Shown here in pieces: positions 1 through 13,990 of a stretch of 64,000 nucleotides of DNA. A program made the translations under genes and the position numbers. The notes beneath the pieces were generated by a model. The model searched no databases and was not told where the DNA came from. It was given only the letters and a program-made list of their open reading frames with translations. The number at the start of each line of letters is the position of its first letter. Position 1 is the first letter of the stretch. This DNA comes from an uncultured Eubacteriales bacterium (GTDB lineage: Bacteria > Actinomycetota > Coriobacteriia > Anaerosomatales > PHET01), in contig CAZSLI010000001.1 in NCBI GenBank assembly GCA_964607705.1, positions 145,420 to 209,419 on the forward strand. The letters are read 5' to 3'.

Positions 1-1
1 T

Positions 2-1201
2 GACGACGGCAGCGTGGTCTTCATGAACGAGACTGCCGAGAAGCTGCTCGGAGTGTCCAACAAGGACGCAGTAGGGCACCAGTTCGAACAAGTCTCCTGC
101 GGCGAGTCCGCAGACGCGGCCCTGCTTGGTGAGTTGTTGCGGGTGGGTCATCTGGACCGGATGGACCTGCCGCCGACCGACTCGCGGCCCGCACGCACGT
201 TGATGGCGCTCTCGGCACCGGTCGACCCGAGCGTTCCCGCCTCGGGGTACTCGATCGCCCTTGCCGAGATCAGCGACGTCCAGCGCGACCGCGAGCGGCT
301 CCAGCGTTCGCTCGAGGGATTCGGTTTCCTAGTGCCCGCGCTCGAGGAGGCGGCACACGCGAGTGAGGAGGCCCTGCTGCTCAAACGTGTCGCCGAGCTG
401 GCGGTCAAATCGGGACGCTATGCAGCGGTGTGGGCCGTGGCACTCGACAGGGACGCCCAACGGTACACGACCGTCGCTCGTCTCGGCATGGGCGAGAGAA
501 CGAGCGAGATCGCACATTTCATGGAGGAGCGGGCGGTCGCCAACCCTCGCGCGTCGAAGATGCCGTTCGGTTCGGTGGACGAGATCATGGTCGCGAACGA
601 CGTCGTACGCGACCCGGCCAACGTCTGGCACCCCGCCGCCCTCGAGGACTCGTTCGGCTCAACGGCCACCATGTCGATCTTCTCGGGCGGACGTCTGGCT
701 GGCGCTCTTACCTTCTTCGCAACCGAGGCCGGCGCGTTCGACGCTGCAGAACTCGAGATGCTGCGGACACTTCTGACCGAGCTGTCCTACGCAGTGGGTC
801 GGATGAACCTCGACAGGCAACGATTGGTCGCCGAAGAAGCGTCGCTGGGTGACCACCGGGCCTATCACGAGCTGTTCACCCACCACCCGGCGCCCATGTG
901 GGTCTACGACCTCGAAACCCTTCAGTTCCTGGCTGTCAATGACGCGGCAGTCAAGAAGTACGGCTACTCGGAGGACGAGTTCCTCGCCATGACTATCAGC
1001 GACATCCGGCCGAAGAGCGAGGTGCCACGGCTGCTCAGCAACGTGCAGTCGGTCGCCGGTGGCTTCGAGGACGCCGGCGTCTGGACACACTTCGACAACA
1101 GTGGCCGCGAGTTCCCGGTGCATATCTACTCCCATACCATCGATTGGGCTGGACGCGCCGCCAAGCTCGTCATGGTGATGGAGGTCGCCCGGATCGAGTA
1201 G
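2..1201 (+). CDS. PAS-GAF-PAS sensor protein, 5'-truncated by the window edge
   Basis: The frame of ORF 14..1201 stays open back to nt 2 (DDGSVVFMNETAEKLLG, a PAS core). The middle is GAF-like. A second PAS follows (HELFTHHPAPMWVYDLETLQFLAVNDAAVKKYGYSEDEF). There is no output domain before the stop. Confidence 0.6.
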   Translation, partial: DDGSVVFMNETAEKLLGVSNKDAVGHQFEQVSCGESADAALLGELLRVGHLDRMDLPPTDSRPARTLMALSAPVDPSVPASGYSIALAEISDVQRDRERLQRSLEGFGFLVPALEEAAHASEEALLLKRVAELAVKSGRYAAVWAVALDRDAQRYTTVARLGMGERTSEIAHFMEERAVANPRASKMPFGSVDEIMVANDVVRDPANVWHPAALEDSFGSTATMSIFSGGRLAGALTFFATEAGAFDAAELEMLRTLLTELSYAVGRMNLDRQRLVAEEASLGDHRAYHELFTHHPAPMWVYDLETLQFLAVNDAAVKKYGYSEDEFLAMTISDIRPKSEVPRLLSNVQSVAGGFEDAGVWTHFDNSGREFPVHIYSHTIDWAGRAAKLVMVMEVARIE

Positions 1202-1243
1202 GCGGTTGTCCTCGGCGGCTGGTTCGGGTAGTCTGTGCCACGA

Positions 1244-1954
<711 letters not shown>

Positions 1955-2890
1955 ATGCTCTCCAGTAAGCACATTCTCGGCATGAGTGACCTGACGGCCG
2001 ACGAGGTCTCGCTGATCCTCGATACCGCCGAGTCGTTCAAGGAGGTCAACGAGCGCCGTATCAAGAAGCTGCCGACCCTCAGGGGCCGCACGGTGGTCAA
2101 CCTGTTCCTCGAGCCGAGCACGCGCACGCGCACAAGCTTCGAGCTCGCAGCCAAGCGCCTCTCGGCCGACGGCATCAACTTCTCCGCTTCCGCTTCGGCG
2201 ACCGTCAAGGGCGAGTCGCTAGCCGATACCGCCGAGACGCTTTCAGCGATGGCTTGCGACCTGGTCATCGTGCGGCACAAGTACGCTGGCGCGCCTCGGC
2301 TCCTCGCCGACCACATGGATGCACACATCATCAACGGCGGCGACGGCATCCACGAGCATCCCACGCAGGCGCTGCTCGACCTCTTCACAATGCGGGAGAG
2401 GCTCGGCAAGCTCGAAGGGCTCACCGTTGGCATCGTCGGCGACATCGCGCACTCGCGCGTCGCTGGCTCGCTCGTGCCTGCGCTCAAGATGATGGGCGCC
2501 ACGCCGCTCATCATCGCGCCACCCACGCTCCTGCCGGCGCGGCCGGATGTCCTCGGCGCCGAGGTGGCGCCATCGCTCGACGAGGTGCTGCCGGATCTCG
2601 ACGTGGCTTACATGCTGCGCATCCAGATGGAGCGTGCCGAGGGCATGCCCTTCCCGTCCCTGCGCGAATACTCGCGGCTGTACGGGATGAACGAGGCGCG
2701 GCTGGCGAAGATGAAGCCGCACGCCATCGTCATGCACCCCGGACCCATGAACCGCGGCGTGGAGATCAGCGCCGCCGTGGCCGACAGCGAGCGCTCGCTG
2801 GTGCTCGATCAAGTGAACGCAGGCGTGGCCGTCCGCATGGCTGCGATGTACCTGCTGCTGGGAGGTGAGGCGAGTGGCGCTGCTGCTTAG
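1955..2890 (+). CDS. pyrB: Aspartate carbamoyltransferase catalytic subunit
   Basis: LFLEPSTRTRTSFE and HPTQALLD motifs. ATG 1955 abuts the pyrR stop (TAG 1952-1954). Confidence 0.95.
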   Translation: MLSSKHILGMSDLTADEVSLILDTAESFKEVNERRIKKLPTLRGRTVVNLFLEPSTRTRTSFELAAKRLSADGINFSASASATVKGESLADTAETLSAMACDLVIVRHKYAGAPRLLADHMDAHIINGGDGIHEHPTQALLDLFTMRERLGKLEGLTVGIVGDIAHSRVAGSLVPALKMMGATPLIIAPPTLLPARPDVLGAEVAPSLDEVLPDLDVAYMLRIQMERAEGMPFPSLREYSRLYGMNEARLAKMKPHAIVMHPGPMNRGVEISAAVADSERSLVLDQVNAGVAVRMAAMYLLLGGEASGAAA

Positions 2891-4175
2891 AGGAGGACGG
2901 GTCGTGGACCCGTCGGTCAACCTCGATACCGTGTGTGACGTGCTCGTGAGTGATGATGGGCTCATCGAGCAGGTGGGAAGCGACCTGGTCGCGCCCAAAG
3001 GCGCCACCATCGTCGAGTGTGCCGAGAAGGTCGTCGTCCCCGGCCTCGTCGACGTACACACCCACGTGCGGGAGCCCGGCTTCGAGTACAAGGAAGACGT
3101 CGCCTCGGCGACGCGGGCGGCCGCTCACGGCGGCTTCACAGCGATCTGCGCGATGCCCAACACCAAGCCGGTCACCGACAACGGCTCGGCCGTGCGCTTC
3201 CTGGTGGAGCGAGCAGCGGCCTGCGGGATCGTCCGGCTTCATCCTATCGGTGCGATCACCGCGGGCAGCAAGGGCGAAGCCCTTGCCGAGATGGGCGATA
3301 TGCTCGCCGAAGGCGCGGTCGCGTTCTCGGACGACGGCAAGGGAATCCAGACCGCGGGAATGATGCGCCTCGCGATGGACTATGCGCGCCAGTTCGACGC
3401 GGTGATCGTCACGCACTGCGAGGACGAGTCACTCGCGGGCAAGGGCGTCGTCAACGAGGGAGTCATCTCGACCCGCCTTGGCATGCCGGGAATCCCCGAC
3501 GAGGCCGAGGAGATCGCCGTAGCCCGGGACATCGCGCTGAGCGAGCTGACCGGATGCCGCCTCCACCTGGCGCACCTCTCGACCGCCGGCTCCGTCAAGC
3601 TCGTCCGCGAGGCCAAGGCGCGCGGCGTCCGGGTCACCTGTGAGGTCACCCCGCACCACCTCTTCCTCACCGAGGACGACGTCACCGACGCCTACGACAC
3701 CAACTTCAAGATGAACCCGCCCCTCAGGACCGCCGAGGACCGCGACGCGCTCGTCGCCGGTCTGCTCGACGGCACCGTGGACTGCATAGCGACCGATCAC
3801 GCGCCGCATGCGCCGCACGAGAAGGCTCTCGAGTTCGAGTTGGCGCCCTTCGGCACCACGGGACTTGAGACCGCGCTGTCCCTCGTCGTGTCGAACTTGG
3901 TTGCGCGCGAGATTCTGAGCTGGGGCGATGTCGTCCGGCTGATGGCCCACGGACCGCGTGCCGCACTCGGCTTGCCGGCGGTGGCGCTTGAGGCCGGTGC
4001 GGAGGCCGATATCACGGTCATCGACCCCGAAGCGCGCGTCGAGATATCGGGCAGCTTCTTCGAAAGCAAGTCGGCCAACTCGGCGTTCTTGGGAGCTACA
4101 CTACTTGGCAAGGCTTCCGAGGTCGTCGTCGGGGGCCGCTTCGCACTTCGGAACGGAAAGGTGGTCGACGCGTGA
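2865..4175 (+). CDS. pyrC: Dihydroorotase
   Basis: VDVHTHVREPG (HxH metal site), FSDDG and ATDHAPH. The start is GTG 2865 or GTG 2874, after GGAGGTGAGG. It overlaps the pyrB 3' end. Confidence 0.9.
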   Translation: MRRVALLLRGGRVVDPSVNLDTVCDVLVSDDGLIEQVGSDLVAPKGATIVECAEKVVVPGLVDVHTHVREPGFEYKEDVASATRAAAHGGFTAICAMPNTKPVTDNGSAVRFLVERAAACGIVRLHPIGAITAGSKGEALAEMGDMLAEGAVAFSDDGKGIQTAGMMRLAMDYARQFDAVIVTHCEDESLAGKGVVNEGVISTRLGMPGIPDEAEEIAVARDIALSELTGCRLHLAHLSTAGSVKLVREAKARGVRVTCEVTPHHLFLTEDDVTDAYDTNFKMNPPLRTAEDRDALVAGLLDGTVDCIATDHAPHAPHEKALEFELAPFGTTGLETALSLVVSNLVAREILSWGDVVRLMAHGPRAALGLPAVALEAGAEADITVIDPEARVEISGSFFESKSANSAFLGATLLGKASEVVVGGRFALRNGKVVDA

Positions 4176-5410
4176 CGCGTCTGGCAGCACTGCTCGCTCT
4201 CGAAGACGGACTCGTCCTGCGCGGCTATTCATGCGGCGCCGAGGGGGAGACCTCCGGAGAACTCTGCTTCAACACCTCGATGGCCGGCTACCAGGAGATC
4301 CTCACGGATCCCAGCTACGCGGGCCAGATCATCACCATGACCATGCCGCATATCGGCAACTACGGCACGAACGGCGCCGACATGGAGTCCTGTGGTATCT
4401 CGGCGCGCGGATTCGTGGTGCGGGAGATGTCCGACACTCCTTCCAACTGGCGTGCCGAGGAATCCCTGCCCGACTTCCTGCGTCGCCATGGCATCGTCGC
4501 GATCGAAGGCATCGACACCCGGCGTGTAGTGAGGCACCTGCGCGAGCGGGGAGCCATGCGGGCCGTGCTCTCCACCGTCGATCTCGACGAGGCGTCCCTG
4601 GTCGCGAAGGCCCAGGCGTCGCCCGGGCTGGTCGGTCGCGACCTGGTCGCGGAGGTGGCCGTGCGCGAGCCGTATCGCTGGGGCGATCCGGTGCCCGGCG
4701 GCGAGCTTCCGGTCGACACGGGCGTGCTGCCAGTCGAGCCGTCCTACCGAGTCGTCGCCATGGATTCGGGCATCAAGTTCAACATCCTGCGCAAGCTGGT
4801 CGAGCATGGCTGTGACGTGACGGTCGTGCCTCCGACCACGACCGCCGAGGAGGTGCTCTCGCTCGACCCGCACGGCGTCTTCCTCGCCAATGGCCCCGGT
4901 GATCCGGAGGCCGTCGAATATCTGTACGGAACCCTGCGCGACCTGCTCGGCGTCAAGCCTGTCTTCGGTATCTGTCTCGGCCATCAGATGCTCTCGCTGG
5001 CCGTCGGGGCCGATACCTACAAGCTCAAGTACGGGCACCGCGGCGGCAACCAGCCGGTCAAGAACCTGCGCACCGGTCAGGTCGAGATCACCAGCCAGAA
5101 CCATGGCTTCTGTGTCGACTTCGGCAGCATCGGCGAGCTCGATGCGGAGACCACGGGACGTGACGACATCGCTGCGGGAGACCTCGGTGCGTGGGTCGCG
5201 GCCGGCGTTGCACCGGTGGTGAAGAGCGAGCGCTTCGGGCGCGTCCAGCTCACGCACGTGAACCTCAACGACATGACCACCGAGGGCATCCGGCTACTCG
5301 ACCTGCCTGCCTTCTCGGTCCAGTACCACCCCGAAGCGGCACCGGGCCCGCACGACGCCCGCTACCTCTTCGGCGAGTTCGTGAAGTTGATGGATGGCGC
5401 AGGCCGTTAG
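4172..5410 (+). CDS. carA: Carbamoyl-phosphate synthase small (glutaminase) subunit
   Basis: MAGYQEILTDPSYAGQI, GICLGHQ nucleophile elbow and QYHPEA. GTGA overlap with the pyrC stop. It carries an insertion of about 35 aa before the THVNLND segment. Confidence 0.93.
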   Translation: MTRLAALLALEDGLVLRGYSCGAEGETSGELCFNTSMAGYQEILTDPSYAGQIITMTMPHIGNYGTNGADMESCGISARGFVVREMSDTPSNWRAEESLPDFLRRHGIVAIEGIDTRRVVRHLRERGAMRAVLSTVDLDEASLVAKAQASPGLVGRDLVAEVAVREPYRWGDPVPGGELPVDTGVLPVEPSYRVVAMDSGIKFNILRKLVEHGCDVTVVPPTTTAEEVLSLDPHGVFLANGPGDPEAVEYLYGTLRDLLGVKPVFGICLGHQMLSLAVGADTYKLKYGHRGGNQPVKNLRTGQVEITSQNHGFCVDFGSIGELDAETTGRDDIAAGDLGAWVAAGVAPVVKSERFGRVQLTHVNLNDMTTEGIRLLDLPAFSVQYHPEAAPGPHDARYLFGEFVKLMDGAGR

Positions 5411-5440
5411 AGGCGGCCGCGAGGTAGGGGAGTAGAGACC

Positions 5441-6268
5441 ATGTCGCTCAACAAGATGCTGCTGCCGGTGGCCGTCGAGCCGCGCGATCAGAAGCTGCTC
5501 GCGTACGCATGCGGACTGCTCGCCCAGGGCGTGCATCAGTTGCTCGTCGTGCACGTCGTGGATAGCTCGGGCCAGGAAGCGCCCGTGATCATGGCGGAGG
5601 TCGAGCGCGCCCGCGCCCGACTGCGCGAGATGGTCGAGCCGTATCTGGACTGTGGCATGACCATCGAGGTGCGCGTCGTACCGGGCAGCGTCTTCCGCGA
5701 GGTCTCGGCGCTCGCTCACCAGCACGACGTCGACGTGATCCTCTGCGGTACCGAGGGCAAGTCGTTCGTTGACTACCTGTTCGCCGGGTCCGTGTCCGAG
5801 GACCTCGCGCTCAAGGGCGACGAGCGCACCATGACCGTGCGTTACGACCTGCTCGACCGCACGACTGACGCGAGTGAGCTCGGCCGTAACTTCGCGAAGC
5901 GGCTCGTGGTCCCCACCGACTTCTCGAGCTCGGCCTTGAGGGCCGTGCTCTCGGCGTTCGATCGCCCGGCCGAAGCGCGTGGCACGGTGCATCTGCTCCA
6001 CGTTCTCGGCGATGAGCTGTCGCTCGATGATGCCGAGGCGCAGATGCGCGCGATGCTTGCGATCGCCGAGGAGTACGACGCCGAGGCAGTCATCGCCATC
6101 CGTGAGGGAGACCCGACCGAGGTCGTACTCGACTACCTGGCCGAGATCGACGCGACCGGCGTCATCCTCGGCCGCAGGGGCCGCAGCCGCATCGGGCGCG
6201 GGATCCTCGGCAGCGTGTCGATGAAGCTTCTGCAGGAAGCGCCCTGCCCGGTAGTCATTCAGCCGTAA
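5441..6268 (+). CDS. Tandem universal stress protein (two UspA domains)
   Basis: Two USP-like halves. Each ends with a G-x2-G-x9-G-S ATP-binding motif ([15 protein letters not shown] and [15 protein letters not shown]). Confidence 0.8.
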   Translation: MSLNKMLLPVAVEPRDQKLLAYACGLLAQGVHQLLVVHVVDSSGQEAPVIMAEVERARARLREMVEPYLDCGMTIEVRVVPGSVFREVSALAHQHDVDVILCGTEGKSFVDYLFAGSVSEDLALKGDERTMTVRYDLLDRTTDASELGRNFAKRLVVPTDFSSSALRAVLSAFDRPAEARGTVHLLHVLGDELSLDDAEAQMRAMLAIAEEYDAEAVIAIREGDPTEVVLDYLAEIDATGVILGRRGRSRIGRGILGSVSMKLLQEAPCPVVIQP

Positions 6269-6297
6269 CGCCAGCTCTCGACGCTCAAGGAGCGCCC

Positions 6298-9536
<3,239 letters not shown>

Positions 9537-9540
<4 letters not shown>

Positions 9541-10349
9541 CGCTCGGTCCCACACCCGCGGTCGAGCGCGTCCGCGTGCTCGCGAACGAGCGCGTCGCCG
9601 AAGGGGTCGGCCTGATCGTGCTCGAGGCGCCGCGGTGCGCCGCGAGCGTGCGTCCGGGGCAGTTCGTGCATCTGCGCATCGCCAGGCACACCGACACCAT
9701 CCTGAGGCGACCGTTCTCGATACACCGTGCTCACGACGGCCGCCTGGAGATCCTCTACCAGGTTCTCGGCGCCGGAACCCTCCAGCTCGCCGAGAAGCAG
9801 CCCGGTGACGACTCGATGGACCTGGTGGGACCGCTCGGGCGCGGATGGCAGGTCCCTGACGGCATCTCGCACGCGCTTCTCGTCGCCGGTGGTCTCGGTG
9901 CCGCCCCTCTCGGCATGCTTGCCGAGGAGCTGGCCGCAGCCGGTGTCGCGACGGTGCTTGCCCAAGGCGCCCCCTGTGAGGAGCGACTCGTGGCGCGCGA
10001 CCTGTTCACTGAAGTCTGTCGCCGCGTGGAGGTGGCCACAGACGACGGGAGTGCGGGCACTCATGGCTTCGTCACCGCCGTCACTGAACAGCTGCTGACA
10101 GAGGAGCGGTTCGACGTCGTCTACGTGTGTGGTCCCGAGGTCATGCAGCGGGCCGTGGTGGCTCAGTGCGTTGAACGTCGGCTTGCCTGTCAGGTATCAC
10201 TCGAGCGCCTGATGGCATGCGGTATCGGCGCCTGCCTCTCGTGCGTCGTGACCACCACCGACGGGCGCAAGCGCGCTTGTGTCGACGGCCCCGTGTTCGA
10301 TGCCGGGGAGGTGGTCTGGAATGCGTCGGAGATCCCGCCGAAGCACTAG
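9537..10349 (+). CDS. pyrK: Dihydroorotate dehydrogenase electron-transfer subunit
   Basis: Ferredoxin-reductase-like fold (RRPFSI) with a C-terminal 2Fe-2S cysteine cluster (CGIGACLSC...C). GTG 9537 overlaps the carB TGA (GTGA). Track ORF 9135 is an out-of-frame extension inside carB. Confidence 0.85.
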
Positions 10350-10457
10350 GCCTGCCGTCTCGCCCGATTCAGGGCCCGCGTCGTGCGTCCCCCTCTTGGC
10401 GCATCGCCCATCCGACCAGCGCGTCTTCTCTCTCAGAGGACGAGGGAGTGGCAGGCT

Positions 10458-11381
10458 ATGACCATCGACCTGAGAGTGAGTGTTGGACGAGGCCTCGAGC
10501 TTCCCAACCCGGTCATGACGGCCAGCGGGACCTTCGCCTCCGGACGCGAGTTCGCCGACTTCGTCGACCTCGGCCGGCTCGGAGCCGTGGTCACCAAAGG
10601 TGTCTCGTCGGAGCCCTGGGCAGGTAACGACAGCCCCCGCATCGCCGAGACTGCGAGCGGCATGCTGAACTCCATCGGGCTGCAGAATCCCGGTGTGGAG
10701 GCGTTCTGCGCAAGGGACCTCGTTTGGCTTGCCGAGAACGCGTCGGCGACACCCATCATCGTGAATGTGAGCGGTCACTCGGCGCCTGAGTACGTCTCTG
10801 TCATCGAGCGGCTTGAAGACGAGCCGACGGTGGCCGCCTACGAGATCAACATCTCCTGTCCCAATGTGGACGAGGGTGGCATGGCGTTCGGGACTTCGTG
10901 CGATGCGGCATCAAGCGTGGTGGCGGCGTGCAGAGCTGCCACGCAGCGGCCGCTCGTCGTGAAGTTGTCGCCCAACGTGACCGACATCGCCGAGATCGCT
11001 CGCTCGGTCGAGGCTGCCGGTGCCGATGCCGTCTCGCTGATCAACACTCTGCTCGGCATGGCGATAGACGCCGAGAAGCGCCGTCCCAAGCTCGCGCGGG
11101 TCGTCGGCGGCCTCTCGGGACCGGCCATCAAGCCGGTCGCCCTTCGCATGGTGTGGCAGGTGGCGCAGGCGGTCTCCGTCCCGGTGGTGGGCATGGGCGG
11201 CATCATGGACGGTGAGGACGCCATCGAGTTCATGTTGGCGGGCGCAACCGCGGTGGCGGTCGGTACCGCTAATTTCGTCGATCCGACGGCTACGACCCGC
11301 GTGCTCGACGGCATGGTGGCGTGGTGCGAGCGCCAGGGAGTCACCCGTATTCACGAGATCATCGGCGCACTGGAGGTCTAG
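10458..11381 (+). CDS. pyrD: Dihydroorotate dehydrogenase, class 1B catalytic subunit
   Basis: [22 protein letters not shown] (catalytic Cys) and [13 protein letters not shown] 10458 follows GGGAG. Confidence 0.9.
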   Translation: MTIDLRVSVGRGLELPNPVMTASGTFASGREFADFVDLGRLGAVVTKGVSSEPWAGNDSPRIAETASGMLNSIGLQNPGVEAFCARDLVWLAENASATPIIVNVSGHSAPEYVSVIERLEDEPTVAAYEINISCPNVDEGGMAFGTSCDAASSVVAACRAATQRPLVVKLSPNVTDIAEIARSVEAAGADAVSLINTLLGMAIDAEKRRPKLARVVGGLSGPAIKPVALRMVWQVAQAVSVPVVGMGGIMDGEDAIEFMLAGATAVAVGTANFVDPTATTRVLDGMVAWCERQGVTRIHEIIGALEV

Positions 11382-12109
11382 TGGCTGGTTTCGGAGACGT
11401 TCGCGATTCACTGATCGTCGCTCTCGACATGGACGAGCGCGAGGCGCTGTCCGTCGCACGGTCGCTGCGCGGTAGCGTGTCGTGGATCAAGGTCGGTATG
11501 ACCCTCTTCTACCAGGCGGGACCTGATGTCGTCGCGCGCATGCGCGAGCTCGGCTTCAAGGTCTTCCTCGACCTCAAACTGTTCGACATCCCTCACCAGG
11601 TCGCGGGGGCAGCGGAATCGCTCGGCGCTCTGGGCGTCGACATGCTGACCGTCCACGCCTCGGGGGGTGCTCCGATGGTGCGCGCTGCTGTCGAGGGCGC
11701 CGCGCGTGGCGCCGGTACGGCGGGTGTCACCGCACCTGCCGTCATCGCCGTCACCGTGCTCACCAGCATGGACGACGAAGCGCTTTCGTCCGTCGGGGTG
11801 ACGGAGGGATCGACCGTGCAGGTCCCACGCCTCGGCCACATAGCGCTCGAAGCCGGCGCCGCAGGCGTGGTCTGCTCGCCTCGTGAGGCGGCGGCCATGC
11901 GGTCGCTTCTCGGAGAGCGGGCCCTCGTGGTGACGCCCGGAGTGCGGCCCGCAGGGGCCGACGCAGGCGACCAGGCTCGCATCGCGACGCCGACCGCCGC
12001 TCTACGGGCGGGAGCGAGCCATCTGGTGATCGGCCGACCCATAACGACAGCCGCCGTCCCGGCCGAGGCCGCTCGTGCCATCGCCGATGAGATCGAGAGG
12101 ACCACCTAG
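11381..12109 (+). CDS. pyrF: Orotidine 5'-phosphate decarboxylase
   Basis: LIVALDMD and FLDLKLFDIPHQV motifs. GTG 11381 overlaps the pyrD TAG by 1 nt. Confidence 0.9.
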   Translation: MAGFGDVRDSLIVALDMDEREALSVARSLRGSVSWIKVGMTLFYQAGPDVVARMRELGFKVFLDLKLFDIPHQVAGAAESLGALGVDMLTVHASGGAPMVRAAVEGAARGAGTAGVTAPAVIAVTVLTSMDDEALSSVGVTEGSTVQVPRLGHIALEAGAAGVVCSPREAAAMRSLLGERALVVTPGVRPAGADAGDQARIATPTAALRAGASHLVIGRPITTAAVPAEAARAIADEIERTT

Positions 12110-12705
12110 TGCCCGAGAACACGACACCTCTGACCGACGAGCAGGTGCTACAGGCACTGCGCGAGGCGAACGCAATCAAGAGCGGCCACTTCGTGCTCAC
12201 CAGCGGGCGGCACAGCGATACGTACGTGCAGTGTGCACGGATCCTCGAGGACCCCGCCCTCACGACGATGCTGGCCCGAACCGCTGTCGAGCGCTTGCCG
12301 GAAGACCTTGAGATCGACTTGGTAGCGGCTCCCGCAGTCGGCGGGCTCATCATCGGCTTCGCGGTGGCACAGGCGTTGGGTGTCAAGTTCATCTTCAGTG
12401 AACGCGAGGGTGGTGCGATGGTCTTCCGGCGTTCGTTCCAAGTGCCTTCCGGCGCCCGGGTCCTGGTGGTCGAAGACGTCGTTACCACAGGTGGGAGCGT
12501 TGCGGAGGTAGGCGCGCTCGTACGTGAAGCAGGAGGAACGGTTGCAGGTGTCGTGTCGCTGATCGACAGGGGAGGCGACAAGGCGTTCGACGACCCCTTC
12601 TGGCCTCTCCTTCGACTCGAGGTCGAGAGTTGGGACCCGGCGTCTTGCCACCTCTGTGCCTCCGGAGTGCCCGTCTATTCGCCGGGTTCCCGGCGCTTGG
12701 GGTAA
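12109..12705 (+). CDS. pyrE: Orotate phosphoribosyltransferase
   Basis: SGHFVLTSGRHSDTYVQC and PRPP loop VLVVEDVVTTGGS. The start overlaps the pyrF stop by 1 nt. Confidence 0.9.
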   Translation: MPENTTPLTDEQVLQALREANAIKSGHFVLTSGRHSDTYVQCARILEDPALTTMLARTAVERLPEDLEIDLVAAPAVGGLIIGFAVAQALGVKFIFSEREGGAMVFRRSFQVPSGARVLVVEDVVTTGGSVAEVGALVREAGGTVAGVVSLIDRGGDKAFDDPFWPLLRLEVESWDPASCHLCASGVPVYSPGSRRLG

Positions 12706-12826
12706 CAACCGCTTGGCATATCCGCAGGTCAGGCGTACGATGGGTTCGCCTTTGAGGGAATCGCTGCTCCATGAGGGGGGCGGCGTGAAGGTGTGTGAGC
12801 CCCGCCTGGGAGACGAGGAGGAACCG

Positions 12827-13135
12827 ATGGCACTACCGAATCTTTCGGACGCCGATCGCGCTGCAGCTCTGAAGAAGGCTGCGGAAGCGCGTCAGAAGCG
12901 TGCCGAACTGCGCGCCCAGCTGAAGAGCGGCAAGATGTCGTTCGCTGAGGTCATGAAGAAGGCGGACGATCCTGTCGTCGCGCGCATGAAGGTGTCGACG
13001 CTCCTGGAGTCCCTGCCGGGCTTCGGCAAGGCCAAGGCGCACAAGCTTATGACGGACCTCGAGATCTCCGAGAGCCGCCGCGTGCAGGGCCTCGGTGCCC
13101 GCCAGCGCGAGCAGCTCATGGAGCGTCTCGGCTAG
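12827..13135 (+). CDS. mihF: Actinobacterial integration host factor (mIHF)
   Basis: MALPNLSDADRAAALKKAAEARQKRAELRAQLKSG...LLESLPGFGKAKA. ATG 12827 lies 5 nt after GAGGAGGA. Canonical position upstream of gmk-rpoZ. Confidence 0.8.
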   Translation: MALPNLSDADRAAALKKAAEARQKRAELRAQLKSGKMSFAEVMKKADDPVVARMKVSTLLESLPGFGKAKAHKLMTDLEISESRRVQGLGARQREQLMERLG

Positions 13136-13159
13136 TCGCGTACGAGCGCAAGGAGCTTC

Positions 13160-13732
13160 GTGGCGAAGGGACACCTGTTCATAGTCTCCGGCCCTTCGGG
13201 AGCCGGCAAAGGGACCCTGGTGAAGGAAGTACTTCACCGGGTCCCTGACATATGGACCTCGATATCGGTGACAACGCGGGCGCCTCGTCCCGGCGAGGTT
13301 GAGGGCGTGCACTACTTCTTCATCTCGCACGAGCGTTTCGGCGAGCTCGTCGAACACGATGGTCTTCTCGAATGGGCTGAAGTACACGGCAACCGCTACG
13401 GGACGCCTCGCGCCGAGGTGGAGCGACGAATGGCCGCCGGCACGCAGGTCATACTCGAGATCGACCCGCAGGGCGCCTTTCAGGTGCGAGATCTCATGCC
13501 CGAATCCGTGCTTGTGTTCATCATGCCGCCTTCGACTGAAGAGCTGAAGCGGCGGCTTGAGAGGCGCGGGAGCGAGACTGAGGAGCAGGTGGCGGTGCGT
13601 ATGAAGACCGCCGAGCGTGAGCTCGAACTTGTGGGCAAGTACGACCATGTGATAATAAACGACGACGTTTCCCGCGCTTCAGAGGAGCTCGCGGACGTCA
13701 TCCGCTCATATGCCGACGACGAGGAGTCGTAG
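13160..13732 (+). CDS. gmk: Guanylate kinase
   Basis: P-loop SGPSGAGKGT, and TTRAPRPGEVEGVHYFF. Confidence 0.95.
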   Translation: MAKGHLFIVSGPSGAGKGTLVKEVLHRVPDIWTSISVTTRAPRPGEVEGVHYFFISHERFGELVEHDGLLEWAEVHGNRYGTPRAEVERRMAAGTQVILEIDPQGAFQVRDLMPESVLVFIMPPSTEELKRRLERRGSETEEQVAVRMKTAERELELVGKYDHVIINDDVSRASEELADVIRSYADDEES

Positions 13733-13737
13733 AAACC

Positions 13738-13989
13738 ATGTCAGTCATTAATCCCGAGATCGACGTTCTGCTCGAGAAGGTCGACTCGAAGTACACGCTG
13801 TGCATCATCTCGGCCAAGCGGGCCCGCCAGATCAACGACATGATCCACGGCGTTCGTGACCAGGCCCTGCTGACCATGCCCACGAGCGAGATCGCGAAGA
13901 TCACGAGCACCAAGCCGCTGTCGCTCGCCATGGAGGAAGTTGCGTCGACCGACGTGAGCTACGAGCGCACGAAGGACAGCTACAAGTAA
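13738..13989 (+). CDS. rpoZ: DNA-directed RNA polymerase subunit omega
   Basis: KYTLCIISAKRARQIN motif, 83 aa, downstream of gmk. Confidence 0.9.
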   Translation: MSVINPEIDVLLEKVDSKYTLCIISAKRARQINDMIHGVRDQALLTMPTSEIAKITSTKPLSLAMEEVASTDVSYERTKDSYK

Positions 13990-13990
13990 C

